Source: Candidatus Latescibacterota bacterium
GTDB taxonomy: Bacteria; Latescibacterota; UBA2968; UBA8231
Length of the DNA: 64,000 nt
Assembly (NCBI GenBank): GCA_965223905.1
Contig: CBDCXV010000010.1
Coordinates: forward strand, 864,001 to 928,000
Direction: 5' to 3'
Shown: piece by piece, positions 28,431-39,361 of the stretch
Layout: every line of letters starts with the position of its first letter
Position numbering within the stretch: the first letter of the stretch is position 1
Translations under genes and position numbers: made by a program
The notes under the pieces: model-generated
Database searches by the model: none
Told to the model about the DNA's origin: nothing
What the model saw: only the letters and a program-made list of their open reading frames with translations

Positions 28431-29432
28431 ATGATCAAACTGGGTATGATCGGATGTGGCGGCATGGGGGGTGCCCACATGCGGCGGTTTCACACCCTGA
28501 GCGACCGGGTCGCATTGGCCGCGGCCGTCGATGTTGTTCCCGAACGCGCAGAAGCAGTCGCCCAACAGTTTCCGGGAGCCTGCGTGGCGACGGATTATCG
28601 CGAGATCCTGGACTCGGTAGACGCCGTATTGCTCGCGCTGCCCCACGATTTGCACTCTTCCGTAGGATGCGCCTGTCTCAATGCCGGCGTTCACGTCCTG
28701 CTCGAAAAACCCATGGCCAACGATGAAGCCGCCTGCCAGGAACTGATGGCCGCATCTGCAACTTCGGGCAAAGTGCTGATGATCGCGTATTGCATGCGCT
28801 TTCATCCGATTGTCCAGCGTTTGCAGGCATTGTTGGATGAAGGCGCGTACGGCGGTGTATTTCAAGTGTCGATCTGGACCGAGCAACTCACCCGGTATCC
28901 CCCCGATCACTGGGCGTCGAGCAAAGAGCGCCTGGGCGGCGGGCAGTTGTTCAGTCATGGCTGTCACTACATCGATCTGCTCCTCTGGTTTCTGGGGCGA
29001 CCCGTGCGGGGCATGCACATGGGCACCAACTTCGGCACGCCGTGGATGGAGCGCGAAGGCACCAGCAACGTGACCATGGAGTTTGAAGACGGCCGCCTGG
29101 GGTATCACTTCGGCACCTGGGGGGCGCGGGGCACCCGGTTGCGCTACTCCATCCACGCGCATTGCACGGAAGGCCTGCTCGATGCCGACATCTCGGGCGG
29201 CAGACTCGTGCATATCCTGCGCGGTCAAGAGCGAGTCCTGTTCGAAGCAGAGCCGGGCAAACACACGGAAAACGAGATGGCCCATTTCCTCGATTGCATT
29301 GAAACCGGGCAGACGCCGCTTACAGATGGCAGAAGCAGCTTGCAGGGCTTGCGCGTGATCTGGCGGCTGTACGAAGCCGAGCAAGCAGGGCATGTTGCAG
29401 ATTTGACGGGACTGGGTCTGGATGAAGCCTGA
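28431..29432 (+). CDS. Gfo/Idh/MocA family oxidoreductase
   Basis: GCGGMG, HVLLEKP, GGG..FSHGCHYID. Confidence 0.93.
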   Translation: MIKLGMIGCGGMGGAHMRRFHTLSDRVALAAAVDVVPERAEAVAQQFPGACVATDYREILDSVDAVLLALPHDLHSSVGCACLNAGVHVLLEKPMANDEAACQELMAASATSGKVLMIAYCMRFHPIVQRLQALLDEGAYGGVFQVSIWTEQLTRYPPDHWASSKERLGGGQLFSHGCHYIDLLLWFLGRPVRGMHMGTNFGTPWMEREGTSNVTMEFEDGRLGYHFGTWGARGTRLRYSIHAHCTEGLLDADISGGRLVHILRGQERVLFEAEPGKHTENEMAHFLDCIETGQTPLTDGRSSLQGLRVIWRLYEAEQAGHVADLTGLGLDEA

Positions 29433-29710
29433 CAAGTCCAAAACCGTTGATGGGTGCGAAGGGCGTTACTTTTGCGCATGACTTCACCTCCGCTGTTCAG
29501 GCAAGCGCCACGGCCCGAAGGAGACCGCGGCACGGCGCTTGGAATGCGTGATCGCGGGGATTTTTTTTGGGGCGGGTCGCCGCATCGTCCGCTGCCGGCG
29601 CGTGATCGCCGCCACAAAGATTGCCGTCAGGTCCGGTCATCGAGGTCTGGGACAAGGCGCGCGAACGGGCAGCGCCGGACCGCCAACTGTTCACGGAGAT
29701 TGATCCACCG

Positions 29711-30529
29711 GTGAAGGCCATCTCGGAAAAAGACCATGAGACGTACGCCACGGAAGGAGTCCTCGTTCTGCGGCAAGCCTTTGCGCCAACCCGCATCGAG
29801 GCGCTTCTCGAGGGGATCGAACGGCTGATCGACAAGGGGCTTGCTGGAGACTGCGAGCTGGGCTGGATCGACCGCGACCGCCGACTGCCGGCCCGCACCA
29901 GCCACCTGCTCCACCCCGACAAGTACCACCCCGCCTTCGCCGGCTGGATCGACGAGGATCTCGCCCCCCATCTCGAGACACTGGTCAGCGGCCCGGGGGT
30001 ACGCCACAGCCTGTTCGGCATGCTCGCCGGGGGCGGCGGGCAGCCGTACACCCAGAAATGGCACCGCGACCTGTGCAGGCCGGGGGACGCGGACGAGACC
30101 GCGTTCCTGCGCCGGCACGAGGGCAGCTCCGTGCAGTTCAACGCCCCGCTCGTTCCCGGTGACCGCTTCCTCCATATCGTCCCGGGAAGTCACCGGCGGG
30201 CCTCGACCGCCGCCGAGATCGAGGCTTCCCGCAGCGAGTCGGGGGAGATGCCGAACGCCCACGTCGTCGGCCTGGAGCCGGGGGACATCGCCTACTACAG
30301 CGCCAACCTCTGGCACCGCGGCTGGAACCCGGAGGGGCGCAAGCGCTGGACCCTGCACTGCGCCTTCTGGAGCGCCGGGGCGACGGTGATGCAGCACGAG
30401 CACGGACAGCGCGAGCCGCTGACCCGGCAGGGGCACTTGGAGCGGATGCCCCCCGTGACCCGGAAGTATATTCAGAGATACCTCGACTGCTATCCCGAGG
30501 GGGAGCCGCCCTCGTTGTTCGACCTGTAG
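29711..30529 (+). CDS. PhyH family dioxygenase (start uncertain)
   Basis: YATEGVLVL, WHRD, IVPGSH, LEPGD, WHRG. Confidence 0.87.
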   Translation: MKAISEKDHETYATEGVLVLRQAFAPTRIEALLEGIERLIDKGLAGDCELGWIDRDRRLPARTSHLLHPDKYHPAFAGWIDEDLAPHLETLVSGPGVRHSLFGMLAGGGGQPYTQKWHRDLCRPGDADETAFLRRHEGSSVQFNAPLVPGDRFLHIVPGSHRRASTAAEIEASRSESGEMPNAHVVGLEPGDIAYYSANLWHRGWNPEGRKRWTLHCAFWSAGATVMQHEHGQREPLTRQGHLERMPPVTRKYIQRYLDCYPEGEPPSLFDL

Positions 30530-30565
30530 CCAGAAGGTCTTCCGCTCAGCCCACAAGGAGAACGC

Positions 30566-31234
30566 ATGCACAGCACGGCAGTCTTCGCGAGCACCGATTT
30601 CGAGATCGTCGACCGCGGGCAGGCGACGACGCACGCCCGCTACTTCTCCGGCTTCGCCAGGACCGACCGGCTCGGGCTGTTCGCTCCGGAGGGCTGCGAA
30701 GGGGCGGGAGCTACCCTGCTGATCATGGCCTGCGTCACCGCCTTCTACGACCGCTACCGCGAGGAGGGGGGCGACTTCTTCGCCTACCCCGACTTCTTCT
30801 CGTTTCAACGGCGGCAGCCGGCGGCGGCGTACTCCATGTTCGACATCTGGCCGGGTCACAAGGACGTGCCGGTCCCCGAGGGGGCCAACGAAACCGCTGC
30901 GGCCATCACCGACCGCGGCGTCGGCATCATGCTGCTGCCGGACCGGCCGCCGCGGAGCAACGAGTTTCAGCGGGTGCAGATGGCGAGCCTGGAGCGCAAC
31001 GTCAGGCGCTGCCTCCTGTACTCGGAGGACGGGGAGGTCGAGAAACCGACCCTCGAGGTAGCCACCTCCAAGGCGGAACCGATCCGCGATTGGGCGGCGG
31101 CGATGTTCGACTCGGTGGAAGGGGATGCCGATTGGCAGCGGCGGCGCGAGCGCTTCCTCGACGCCATGCCGGGGGACGGGGCTCGCCAGAGCTTCAGGGA
31201 GATCCCGCTCGAGCAGGCTCTTCCGCTGTTGTAG
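30566..31234 (+). CDS. Hypothetical protein
   Basis: AAGGAG RBS and host-like codon usage; no recognised family motif. Confidence 0.75.
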   Translation: MHSTAVFASTDFEIVDRGQATTHARYFSGFARTDRLGLFAPEGCEGAGATLLIMACVTAFYDRYREEGGDFFAYPDFFSFQRRQPAAAYSMFDIWPGHKDVPVPEGANETAAAITDRGVGIMLLPDRPPRSNEFQRVQMASLERNVRRCLLYSEDGEVEKPTLEVATSKAEPIRDWAAAMFDSVEGDADWQRRRERFLDAMPGDGARQSFREIPLEQALPLL

Positions 31235-31380
31235 CCGGCGGGAGCTTCTGTCTTAGGAAGCATCGCCGGAACAGGCACCGGATTTCCCGGAGCCGAAGGA
31301 ATGCAGGCTGGCCAGGTGTCAGGCCGGCCCGAGGTAAGGCTGGTGGCGTAGGGAGGACGACGGGACAGCGGGTACGCCCG

Positions 31381-32573
31381 CTACTCCATCTCCAGGGAGG
31401 CCTTGATCCGGCCCCAGGATACCGACTCGACCGCGCTGTCCTCCGGTGCGTCGGCGGACAGCAGGAGCCCATCGAGAAAGACATCCGCTTGAAGCCTGTC
31501 TATGGCTATGTCCGCGTCCTTTCCGTCAGACATGGCTTCTGGTATCCAGTACAACTGCCCCTCCTCTTCAAGATCACAGTCAATCACCCTGATCCCAAAG
31601 CCGATCACTTTTCCCGCCTCCAGATCGCTGACCTCGTTATCTTCGGCGCTATCCCATCCTCCGCCCCATTGGTCGAACGGGGTGACGTACAGCTCGATCA
31701 CGCTGATGGTCGGGGTTTCTCCGGCAACGCCACCGCCTCCCTCCCCGTAAGGAGGCAGGGCATTCCAAGCGAACTTTTCCGTAGTCACCCTAGTGTCCTG
31801 TCTCAGATATAGCTAATCATAATTCGAGCTCTGTGATCAGACTCGAAAGCAATTAGAATCCATAGTCTCAGCGGCGATTCGATGCGGTTCCTTCGCCAAA
31901 GTGAAGGAATTGGTTCGTCGAATTGAGCGACTTGCAGACCACTGGGACCAAAACGCTCGCTCCTTTGTCTGGAGGCCACCGCAGATCCGGGTAAAGATCA
32001 AACGACTTAATACAGGTATCTCTGCGACGAGACGAGACACTAGTTCCAAGGTCATCCAGAATCGGGCCGTCTACGGTGCGGGCAATCGCCTCGTAATTCT
32101 GAGCTTGCCCCTTGGCATCCAGCCACTCTTCCGGTGACGAACTGTTGTTACCACCTGCACCTCCGCTGTGGTCCCCGTCGATGGCCAGGGAGATAATGTC
32201 ATATGCACGCATAGGACCTACCCACGCTGTTGTCGTGGTTGTTCTTGTACAGGTCGTCGCTGGCTATGAAGGCCACAAAGAAACGGGCCGGGTCGTCGTG
32301 CCAGGCCAGCCAGATGCGGAAGTCGAGATCGGACGGATCGAGTGCCCGGTCATCTACCTCTCTGAAATCCAGCAGGGTCATGGAGGGCTCGCCGATCAAC
32401 TCCTGCCATTCCTCCACCGAGCCGTCCTTGAGATCGATCTTTTCCAGCATCTCGTTGCTGAGATAGGAGATCGGGTACACGCGGTCGCCCGTGTGGGCGC
32501 CGGCCGAGACTGCCAGCAACAGGACGAGGCCCAGGGCGGCGCAGCACTGCTTCTTGATTCGCACACCCGTCAT
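31381..32573 (-). pseudogene. Secreted CBM9/DOMON-like protein with SWGRIKASL tail, copy B (frameshift plus MITE insertion)
   Basis: Signal peptide, DGSVEEW, IDGDHSGG, IELYVTPFD, VSWGRIKASLEME, split across ORFs 32199-32573, 31868-32212 and 31381-31788. Confidence 0.85.
31791..32042 (+). mobile_element. IS630-derived MITE (~250 bp) with TA duplication in CTAG
   Basis: Ends TAGTGTCCTGTCTCAGA and ..CGAGACACTA; internal transposase tail remnant GSFAKVKELVRRI..W.QNARSFVW; excision restores the host frame. Confidence 0.88.
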
Positions 32574-32584
32574 CGCTTTCCTCC

Positions 32585-33542
32585 TTACTCCATCTCAAGG
32601 GAGGCCTTGATCCGGCCCCAGGAAACCGACTCGACCGCGCTGTCTTCCCCGGATTCCGCCTCGGCGGGGGGCAGCAGCAGGCCGTCGAGATAGCCGTCGG
32701 CTTGCAGGTCGAAAATGCCATAATAGTGGTCGGCAGGTTGCGAGGCTTCGACCCAGGGCGCCCCCCATTCGTCTTCGGGAGGGTCCTCCTCATACACCAT
32801 GACCCCGAAGCCGATTATTTTGTTTGGGGCCAGATCGCTGACCGCGCTCCCCTCGATGTCGTCCCACGCCCAGCGGTCGAACGGGGTGACGTACAGCTCG
32901 ATCACGCTGATGATCGGGTTTTCTCCGGCCCACCCCCCCTCCGCCGTCCCCGTAAGGGGGCAGGACCGTCCAGGCGAACTCTCCCGACCTGTACCTGGTG
33001 AATGTTTCATCCAGGATCGGCCCTTCAGGGGTGCGAGCGATGGCGAAATATCCCTGACTTCGGTCCCGAATATCCGCCCCCTCTTCTATCGAGCAATTGT
33101 TGTCACAGCCTGCGCCGCACGCCGTGATCTCCGTCGATCACCAGAGAGATACTGTCATGCAGGATCATTAAATCTTGTACGGAAGTTTGGCTGGCATTGT
33201 ATTCGTGGGTGTTCTGGTAGATGTCGTCGCTGGCCACGAAGGCCACGTAGAAACGGGCCGGATCGTCGTGCCAGGCCAGCCAGATGCGGAAGTCGAGATC
33301 GGACGGATCAGGCGCTTCCAAGTCACCTACGTCGCTGAAATCCAGCAGGGTCATGGAGGCTCGCCGATCAGCTCCTGCCACTCATCCACCGAGCCGTCCT
33401 TGAGATCGATCTTTTCCAGCATCTCGTCGCTGAGATAGTGGATCGGGTACAAGCAGTCGCCGATGTGGGCCCCGGCGGAGACGGCCCACAGGACCAAGCC
33501 AAGGGCGGCGCAACACTTCTTCCTGCTTCCGACAGAAGTCAT
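32585..33542 (-). pseudogene. Secreted CBM9/DOMON-like protein with SWGRIKASL tail, copy A (several frameshifts)
   Basis: Tandem paralogue of copy B, in fragments 33351-33542, 33103-33381 and 32585-33010. Confidence 0.85.
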
Positions 33543-33747
33543 CTCTTTCCTCCTGCCCGGTCCGTGTCACCCCCGGCAATCGGTTTCACGGCAGCCGGTG
33601 CGCTGCATGAACCTCCCTTCGCAGGCTCAATATAGCCCAACCTGCCGGCGCAACGGCGCGGAAACTGCGCCAGGCAAACCTCTCGCTTCGGTGTAACCCC
33701 CTGCGCCATGCCGTATCTTTGCGGCCACACTCATTCCGGAAAACCAG

Positions 33748-34986
33748 ATGTCAACCACCAGAAAAGGACTGCTGACCGCGGTCGGCCCGGGTATGCTGGT
33801 CGCCGCCACCGGGGTAGGCGCCGGCGACCTCGCCACCGCGGCGCTCACCGGCTCCCGGCTCGGCCTCGCCATCCTCTGGGCGGTCGTGGTTGGGGCCTTC
33901 GTCAAGTTCGTCCTCAACGAGGGGCTGACGCGCTGGCAACTGGCCACTGGCGAGACCCTGCTCGAAGGGGCCATGCGCCGCCTCGGCAGGCCGGCTCAGT
34001 ACATCTTCCTCGCCTACCTCCTCGCCTGGAGCTTCATGGTGGCCGCGGCGCTGATGAGCGCCAGCGGCATCGCCGCCCATGCCATGCTGCCGATCGCAGC
34101 GGATCCCTCCGACGGCAAGATCGTCTACGGCGCCCTGCTCAGCCTGGTCGGCCTGGCGATGGTGCGGATCGGCGGCTACCGCCTTTTCGAGAAAGTGATG
34201 GGCTTCTTCATCGCCGTGATGTTCGCCACCGTGCTGATCACCGCCGTCCTCCTCCAGCCTCCGCTCGGGGCGGTCCTGAAGGGGCTGGCATGGCCGTCGA
34301 TTCCCGATCTCACCGGCAACGGGCTGTCCTGGACGATTGCGCTCATGGGCGGGGTCGGGGGCACGGTGACCGTGCTCTGCTACGGCTACTGGATCCGCGA
34401 GGAGGGACGCGGCTCCGCCGGCGACCTGGCCGCCTGCCGTTTCGACCTCGGCGTCGCCTATGCGGTGACCGCCCTCTTCGGAATTGCGATGGTGGTGATC
34501 GGCAGCGCCATCGAGGCCGACGGCAAAGGGGCGACCCTGGTCATCCGGCTGGCCGACCGCCTCGGGGGTGAGCTCGGGGCGCTGGGGAAATGGGCCTTCC
34601 TGATCGGGGCCTTCGGCGCCATCTTCAGCAGCCTCCTCGGGGTCTGGCAGAGCGTCCCCTACCTGTTCAGCGACCTGTGGGGGATGATGCGTGCCGGCGA
34701 TTCCCCGCCGCCGCCGGTGAGCACCGATTCGGCCGTGTACCGCTGGTTCCTGTACGGGCTCGCGATCCTGCCGATGGCCGGGCTCTGGGTCGGCTTCGCG
34801 AAGATGCAGAAGACCTACGCCGTCTTCGGCGCCCTCTTCATGCCGATGCTCGCCCTGGTGCTGCTGCTGCTCAACGGGCGCTCCGCCTGGATCGGCCGGC
34901 AGTACCGCAACCGGCCGCTGACGACGCTCCTTCTCCTGCTCATTCTCATCTTCTTCGCCGCCGCCGGGTACCTGGCGGTGGCCTGA
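33748..34986 (+). CDS. Nramp-like (APC superfamily) transporter
   Basis: GPGMLVAATGVGAGD, RWQLATGETLLEG, about 11 TM segments. Confidence 0.88.
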   Translation: MSTTRKGLLTAVGPGMLVAATGVGAGDLATAALTGSRLGLAILWAVVVGAFVKFVLNEGLTRWQLATGETLLEGAMRRLGRPAQYIFLAYLLAWSFMVAAALMSASGIAAHAMLPIAADPSDGKIVYGALLSLVGLAMVRIGGYRLFEKVMGFFIAVMFATVLITAVLLQPPLGAVLKGLAWPSIPDLTGNGLSWTIALMGGVGGTVTVLCYGYWIREEGRGSAGDLAACRFDLGVAYAVTALFGIAMVVIGSAIEADGKGATLVIRLADRLGGELGALGKWAFLIGAFGAIFSSLLGVWQSVPYLFSDLWGMMRAGDSPPPPVSTDSAVYRWFLYGLAILPMAGLWVGFAKMQKTYAVFGALFMPMLALVLLLLNGRSAWIGRQYRNRPLTTLLLLLILIFFAAAGYLAVA

Positions 34987-35003
34987 ACCTGCACGAGGTT
35001 GCG

Positions 35004-35840
35004 ATGAAAACCGCACTGACCCCCGAACAGATCGAACACCACCGCCGCGAAGGCTGGACCATCGTCGAGGGCTTTCTCTCCCCGGAAGAGCTCGCGGAGC
35101 TCAGCGACGCGGTCGACGATTCGGTCGCGCGCATGGGAGACGCCAAGCTGACCGGCGAAGGGAACGAGCGCATCCGAAAGAACGAGGGCGGCAGCGAGTA
35201 CTACGACCGCGTCTTCCTGCAGCGCCTCAACCTCTGGAAGATCGACGACACCATGAGGAAGTACATGCTCTCCCCGGAGCTGGGGGAGATGCTCTGCCGG
35301 CTCGAGGGGATCGACGGCATCCGCGTCTGGCACGACCAGACCCTGCAGAAGGGCCCCTGGGGAAACCCGAGCTCCTGGCATATCGACGTGCCGAGCTGGT
35401 CCTTCCGTTCGCCGCACGCGATCTCGATCTGGATCGCCCTCGACGACGCCACCATCCAGAACGGCTGCATGTACTACATCTCCGGATCCCACCGCGAGGC
35501 GGTGTACGAGAAGCGAGGGGGATTCGGGCCCAACGTCGGCGCCATTTTCGAGGAGTATCCCGAGTGGCGCGGCCGCGACCCGGTCGCCGTCACCCTGAAG
35601 GCGGGGGACGCCGCCCTCCACAACGGGCTGATGGCGCACGCCGCCGGCCCCAACATGACGCCGCGCTCCCGCCGCGCCATGACCTGCGCCTACATGCCGG
35701 ACGGGGCCACCTTCAACGGCAACCAGAACATCCTCTCCGACGCGCAGATAGCGAAGCTCGAGATCGGGGACCTGCTCGATGACGAGAGCCAGGTGCCGCT
35801 GGTCTGGTCGAAGGAGACGGCCGCGGCCGGCAGCCGGTAG
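35004..35840 (+). CDS. PhyH family dioxygenase
   Basis: WHID, WIALDDATIQNGCM..ISGSH, AGD...H.G...H.AGPN, RRA. Confidence 0.93.
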   Translation: MKTALTPEQIEHHRREGWTIVEGFLSPEELAELSDAVDDSVARMGDAKLTGEGNERIRKNEGGSEYYDRVFLQRLNLWKIDDTMRKYMLSPELGEMLCRLEGIDGIRVWHDQTLQKGPWGNPSSWHIDVPSWSFRSPHAISIWIALDDATIQNGCMYYISGSHREAVYEKRGGFGPNVGAIFEEYPEWRGRDPVAVTLKAGDAALHNGLMAHAAGPNMTPRSRRAMTCAYMPDGATFNGNQNILSDAQIAKLEIGDLLDDESQVPLVWSKETAAAGSR

Positions 35841-35891
35841 CGCCGCCGGCCGGGCCGGGTGGGGCGTATCCACTCGCGGACGAGAGGCCAC

Positions 35892-36604
35892 TCAAGGCAT
35901 TCCAGAGCCGTCCGGCATTCTCGCACCGGTCAGGTTTGCGTCTGTCAGGTCGGCACCAGCCAAATTGGCGCCTTGCAGGATCGCAACAGTCAGGTTCGCA
36001 CCTCGAAGGTTCGCATCCGTTAGGTTGGCACCACGCAGATCCGTGTCTTCCAGATTGGCACCTTCCAAGTCAGCTCCACGAAGAGTTGCACTACTTAGGT
36101 TGGCCCCTTCCAGGTTGACACCTTCCAGATTTGCCCTGGTCAGGTTTGCCGCGATCAAATCCACAGCAACCAAGGTCGAGCCGCGCAGGTTCGCCTCTGT
36201 CAAATTCGCCTCCGTCAGGTTCGCTCCGCTTAGATTGGCCCCGCCTATTAGAGTCGCACAGTACATGTTCGCACGGGAGAGGTCTGCTAAGTTCAGACGC
36301 GCGGAAATAAGCTTCCCGTAGGGTAGGTTTGCGGCGGTCAGCTTTGCGCGGGTCAGGTCCGAGTTGCTCAGATCCGCGCTATCCAGCTTCGCCCTTTCCA
36401 AATCGGCACCTCTCAAGTCCGCACCTCTCAAGTCCCTACCTACCCAATTTATTGGTTCTTGTATTTTCCCTTTTCTTGGGTATCCGATCCTCGCGGTTCA
36501 GATTTTAAACTTTGGCATTGGTTAGATTCAGTGTCGCAGCCAAAGTTTAAAACCAAGGTCGCGGCGACCGCTGCGGCCGCGCGTTGTAGAGTCGTCATGG
36601 GCAT
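35892..36604 (-). pseudogene. Pentapeptide-repeat protein; lipoprotein signal (36604) is out of frame with the repeat ORF (35892-36431)
   Basis: A(D/N)L.G repeats; upstream GGAGAGG-ATG..AVAATLVLNFGC ends at TAA before the repeats. Confidence 0.7.
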
Positions 36605-36745
36605 CCTCTCCAAGTTAGAAATTAGAAGAATCCAGGGACCCGTTCCGTCGGAAGTTTCATCGAACCCCGCCGGGACTACGGGCGGCCCCTAGAATTCCCT
36701 GACAGCCCGGGCCTCCCGGGGCCCGCTTCTTTTCATTGACCCGAA

Positions 36746-37549
36746 TCAGCCGGCCGAGGACTGCTCCGCGTCATCCACCACTCCCCCGGCTGCCGCCCAC
36801 TCCTCGTATTCCCGCAGGCCCACCTCGTCGAACGGGTAGTACCTCGACAGGGCGCCCCCCTGCTGCAGCTTCATGCGCACGAAAACTTCCTTCTCGTCGC
36901 GCGAGCCCCCGATCTCGAGGATCTTCGGAATCAGCCGCGGCGGCACCGCGATGGCGCCGCCGTCGTCGGCCATGATCACGTCCCCTGGATGGACCTGCAC
37001 CTTGCCGCAGGCGATCGGCAGGTTGACGTCGGCCGGGAACATGTTGAGGTGGCCGGCCCCACCGGTGGTCACCCCGACAGACCAGACCGGCACCTTGAGG
37101 TCGTTGAAGATCGGCGCGGAATCCCTTATCGCCGCGTCGATCACCACGCCGGCTCCTCCCCGGGCCTTGAAGTAGGTCATCAGCATCTCGCCGAAGCAGC
37201 CGGTCGCCAGGTCCCCGCGGCCGTCGACTACGATGACGTCTCCTTCCTGGACGTAGTCGAACACCTCCCACAGGGCGGTGCGCTTTTCCCCTTCCTCCTC
37301 CCCTTCGACGACGGACGTGGCCTGATCTTCACCCGGGACCTGGTACCCCTTCATCAGGTCCTCGCGCATGGGCAGGAAGCGCAGGGTCAGGGCCGGGCCG
37401 GCGATCTTGCTGCCGGGAACCCGGGCAACCGGTCCTTCCATGAAGGTGCGGCGCACGCCGAGGCCCTCCATGGTCGAGGTGACGGTGTCAACGCCGATCC
37501 TGCCCAAAGCTTCGACCACTTCCCGTGGGGGCCGCACGATGTCATTCAT
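36746..37549 (-). CDS. RraA/HMG-aldolase family protein
   Basis: IAGPALT, GDVIVVD, FGEML, GVVID.AIRD, PGDVIMADDGG. Confidence 0.9.
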   Translation of the reverse strand: MNDIVRPPREVVEALGRIGVDTVTSTMEGLGVRRTFMEGPVARVPGSKIAGPALTLRFLPMREDLMKGYQVPGEDQATSVVEGEEEGEKRTALWEVFDYVQEGDVIVVDGRGDLATGCFGEMLMTYFKARGGAGVVIDAAIRDSAPIFNDLKVPVWSVGVTTGGAGHLNMFPADVNLPIACGKVQVHPGDVIMADDGGAIAVPPRLIPKILEIGGSRDEKEVFVRMKLQQGGALSRYYPFDEVGLREYEEWAAAGGVVDDAEQSSAG

Positions 37550-37654
37550 TTCCCTCCTCCTTCGGTTTGTGCCCGGTGGTTTCCCTGCCAATATTGAGCC
37601 GCGCAAAAAAAGACGCCGATCACGACTCGCACACAACCTTCCCGGAGACATCCC

Positions 37655-38476
37655 ATGAGAATCGCACGTATCGCCGACGCCGACCTGAGGGCGGCCGAAA
37701 ACTGCCACGGCGGAGCCGGCCACCTCGACTACGCCCGCCATTGGGGCAGGAACGACTTCGAGACCCCCTGGTATTTCGTCCATTGCGGCTCGATTCCCCC
37801 GGGGGGCGGCATCGGCCATCACCGCCACGTCAACTGCGAGGAGATGTTCGTCACCTTCGACAACGCCGCCCAGTTCACCCACAACGGCCGCACCGTCGAG
37901 GTCGATGGGGGCGCCTGCGTCCCCTGCCGCAAGGGGGAGTCGCACGGCATCTACAACCACACCGCGAAGCCGACCCGGTGGATGAACTTCTGCGTCGCCG
38001 ACCCGGACGACGGGTACGACGCCGACGACTTCGGAGACGACCGCGTCGGCGCGCCCCTGGAGTCGGCCGACCGCATTCCTCTGGGGCGCTTCGACAGGTC
38101 GCTGCTGACCGGCCACAGCGAGGTGCACAAGGGCAGGGGGGAGATCGGCATCCGCAACATCTGGCAGCACTCCGACTTCCGCACCAACTGGCATTTCGTC
38201 GCCCACGTCCTGATGCCCCCGGGAACCTCGATAGGATACCACCGCCACGACGCCCTCGAGGAGACCTACGTCGTCATCGACGGCTGCGGGCGCATGACGG
38301 TCGACGATGAAACCGAAGAGGTGTACGCCGGCGCCTCGATCCCCAACCGGCTCGGCGGTTCCCACGGGATATTCAACCACCGGCAGGAAGACCTCGAGCT
38401 GTTCATCATGGCGGTGACCCTGGAGCCCGGAGCGGCCGACAGCGAGGACCTCGGCGACGACCTCGTGAACCGCTGA
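37655..38476 (+). CDS. Bicupin protein
   Basis: Two IG.HRH...EE...HGI.N motifs. Confidence 0.9.
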   Translation: MRIARIADADLRAAENCHGGAGHLDYARHWGRNDFETPWYFVHCGSIPPGGGIGHHRHVNCEEMFVTFDNAAQFTHNGRTVEVDGGACVPCRKGESHGIYNHTAKPTRWMNFCVADPDDGYDADDFGDDRVGAPLESADRIPLGRFDRSLLTGHSEVHKGRGEIGIRNIWQHSDFRTNWHFVAHVLMPPGTSIGYHRHDALEETYVVIDGCGRMTVDDETEEVYAGASIPNRLGGSHGIFNHRQEDLELFIMAVTLEPGAADSEDLGDDLVNR

Positions 38477-38553
38477 AGTTCCGGTCCGGCAACCGCCGCG
38501 TGCCTCACCCCTGAACGGGGCCGCGGCCTGCTGCCCGGCTTCCGATACTCTCC

Positions 38554-39303
38554 ATGGCCCAGAAGTGGGACCCGGAACAGTATGAGCGGGAGGGCGGCTT
38601 CGTCGCCGACTACGGGCGCGGGGTCGCCGGGATGCTCGATCCGCAGCCGGGGGAGCGCATCCTCGATCTCGGCTGCGGCGACGGCAGGTTGTCGGAGTTC
38701 CTGGCGAAATCCTGCTGCCGCCTGGTCGCCGTCGACTCGAGCCCGGAGCAGGTCCGCGCGGCGCACACCCGCGGCCTCGACGCCCGCGTCATCGACGCCG
38801 GCAGGCTGCCGTTCCGGGAGGAGTTCGACGCCGTCTTCAGCAACGCCGCCCTCCACTGGATGAGGCGACCCGAGGCGGTCGCCCGCGGGGTCTTCGCCGC
38901 CCTCAGGCCGGGGGGCCGCTATGTCGGCGAGCTCGGGGGCAGGGGAAACATCGCCGCCATCCGCGGCGCCCTCGCCGCGGCCCTGCCTGCCTACGGACTC
39001 GATTTCGACGACCTCGACCCGTGGTATTTCCCCGGGGAGAAGCAGTACTCCGCGCTCCTGCAGGCTGCCGGGTTCTCCGTCGACCGCATCGAGCTGTTCG
39101 ACCGGCCGACGCCGCTGCCGGGCGGCATCGCCGGGTGGCTGCGCACCTTCACCCGGGGCTTTCTCGAACAGGTCCCCGAGGCGGATCGCGAGGGATTTCT
39201 CGCCGGGCTCGCCGCCTCCCTGGAGCCTGCGCTGCGGCGCGAGGACGGAGAGTGGTTCGTAGACTATGTGCGGCTGCGCTTCGCCGCGACGAAGCCCGCC
39301 TGA
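38554..39303 (+). CDS. Class I SAM-dependent methyltransferase (Tam-like)
   Basis: ILDLGCGDG, FDAVFSNAALHW, DYVRLRF. Confidence 0.92.
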   Translation: MAQKWDPEQYEREGGFVADYGRGVAGMLDPQPGERILDLGCGDGRLSEFLAKSCCRLVAVDSSPEQVRAAHTRGLDARVIDAGRLPFREEFDAVFSNAALHWMRRPEAVARGVFAALRPGGRYVGELGGRGNIAAIRGALAAALPAYGLDFDDLDPWYFPGEKQYSALLQAAGFSVDRIELFDRPTPLPGGIAGWLRTFTRGFLEQVPEADREGFLAGLAASLEPALRREDGEWFVDYVRLRFAATKPA

Positions 39304-39361
39304 CGGAAGCAACCGGCACCCCACCGATTCCCGATCCCGATTCCGACCAGGAGGCAGGGCA

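Noticed and set aside
31381-33542. Diversity-generating retroelement template/variable repeat pair
   Set aside because: No reverse transcriptase, differences are not adenine-specific, and the pattern fits tandem paralogues.
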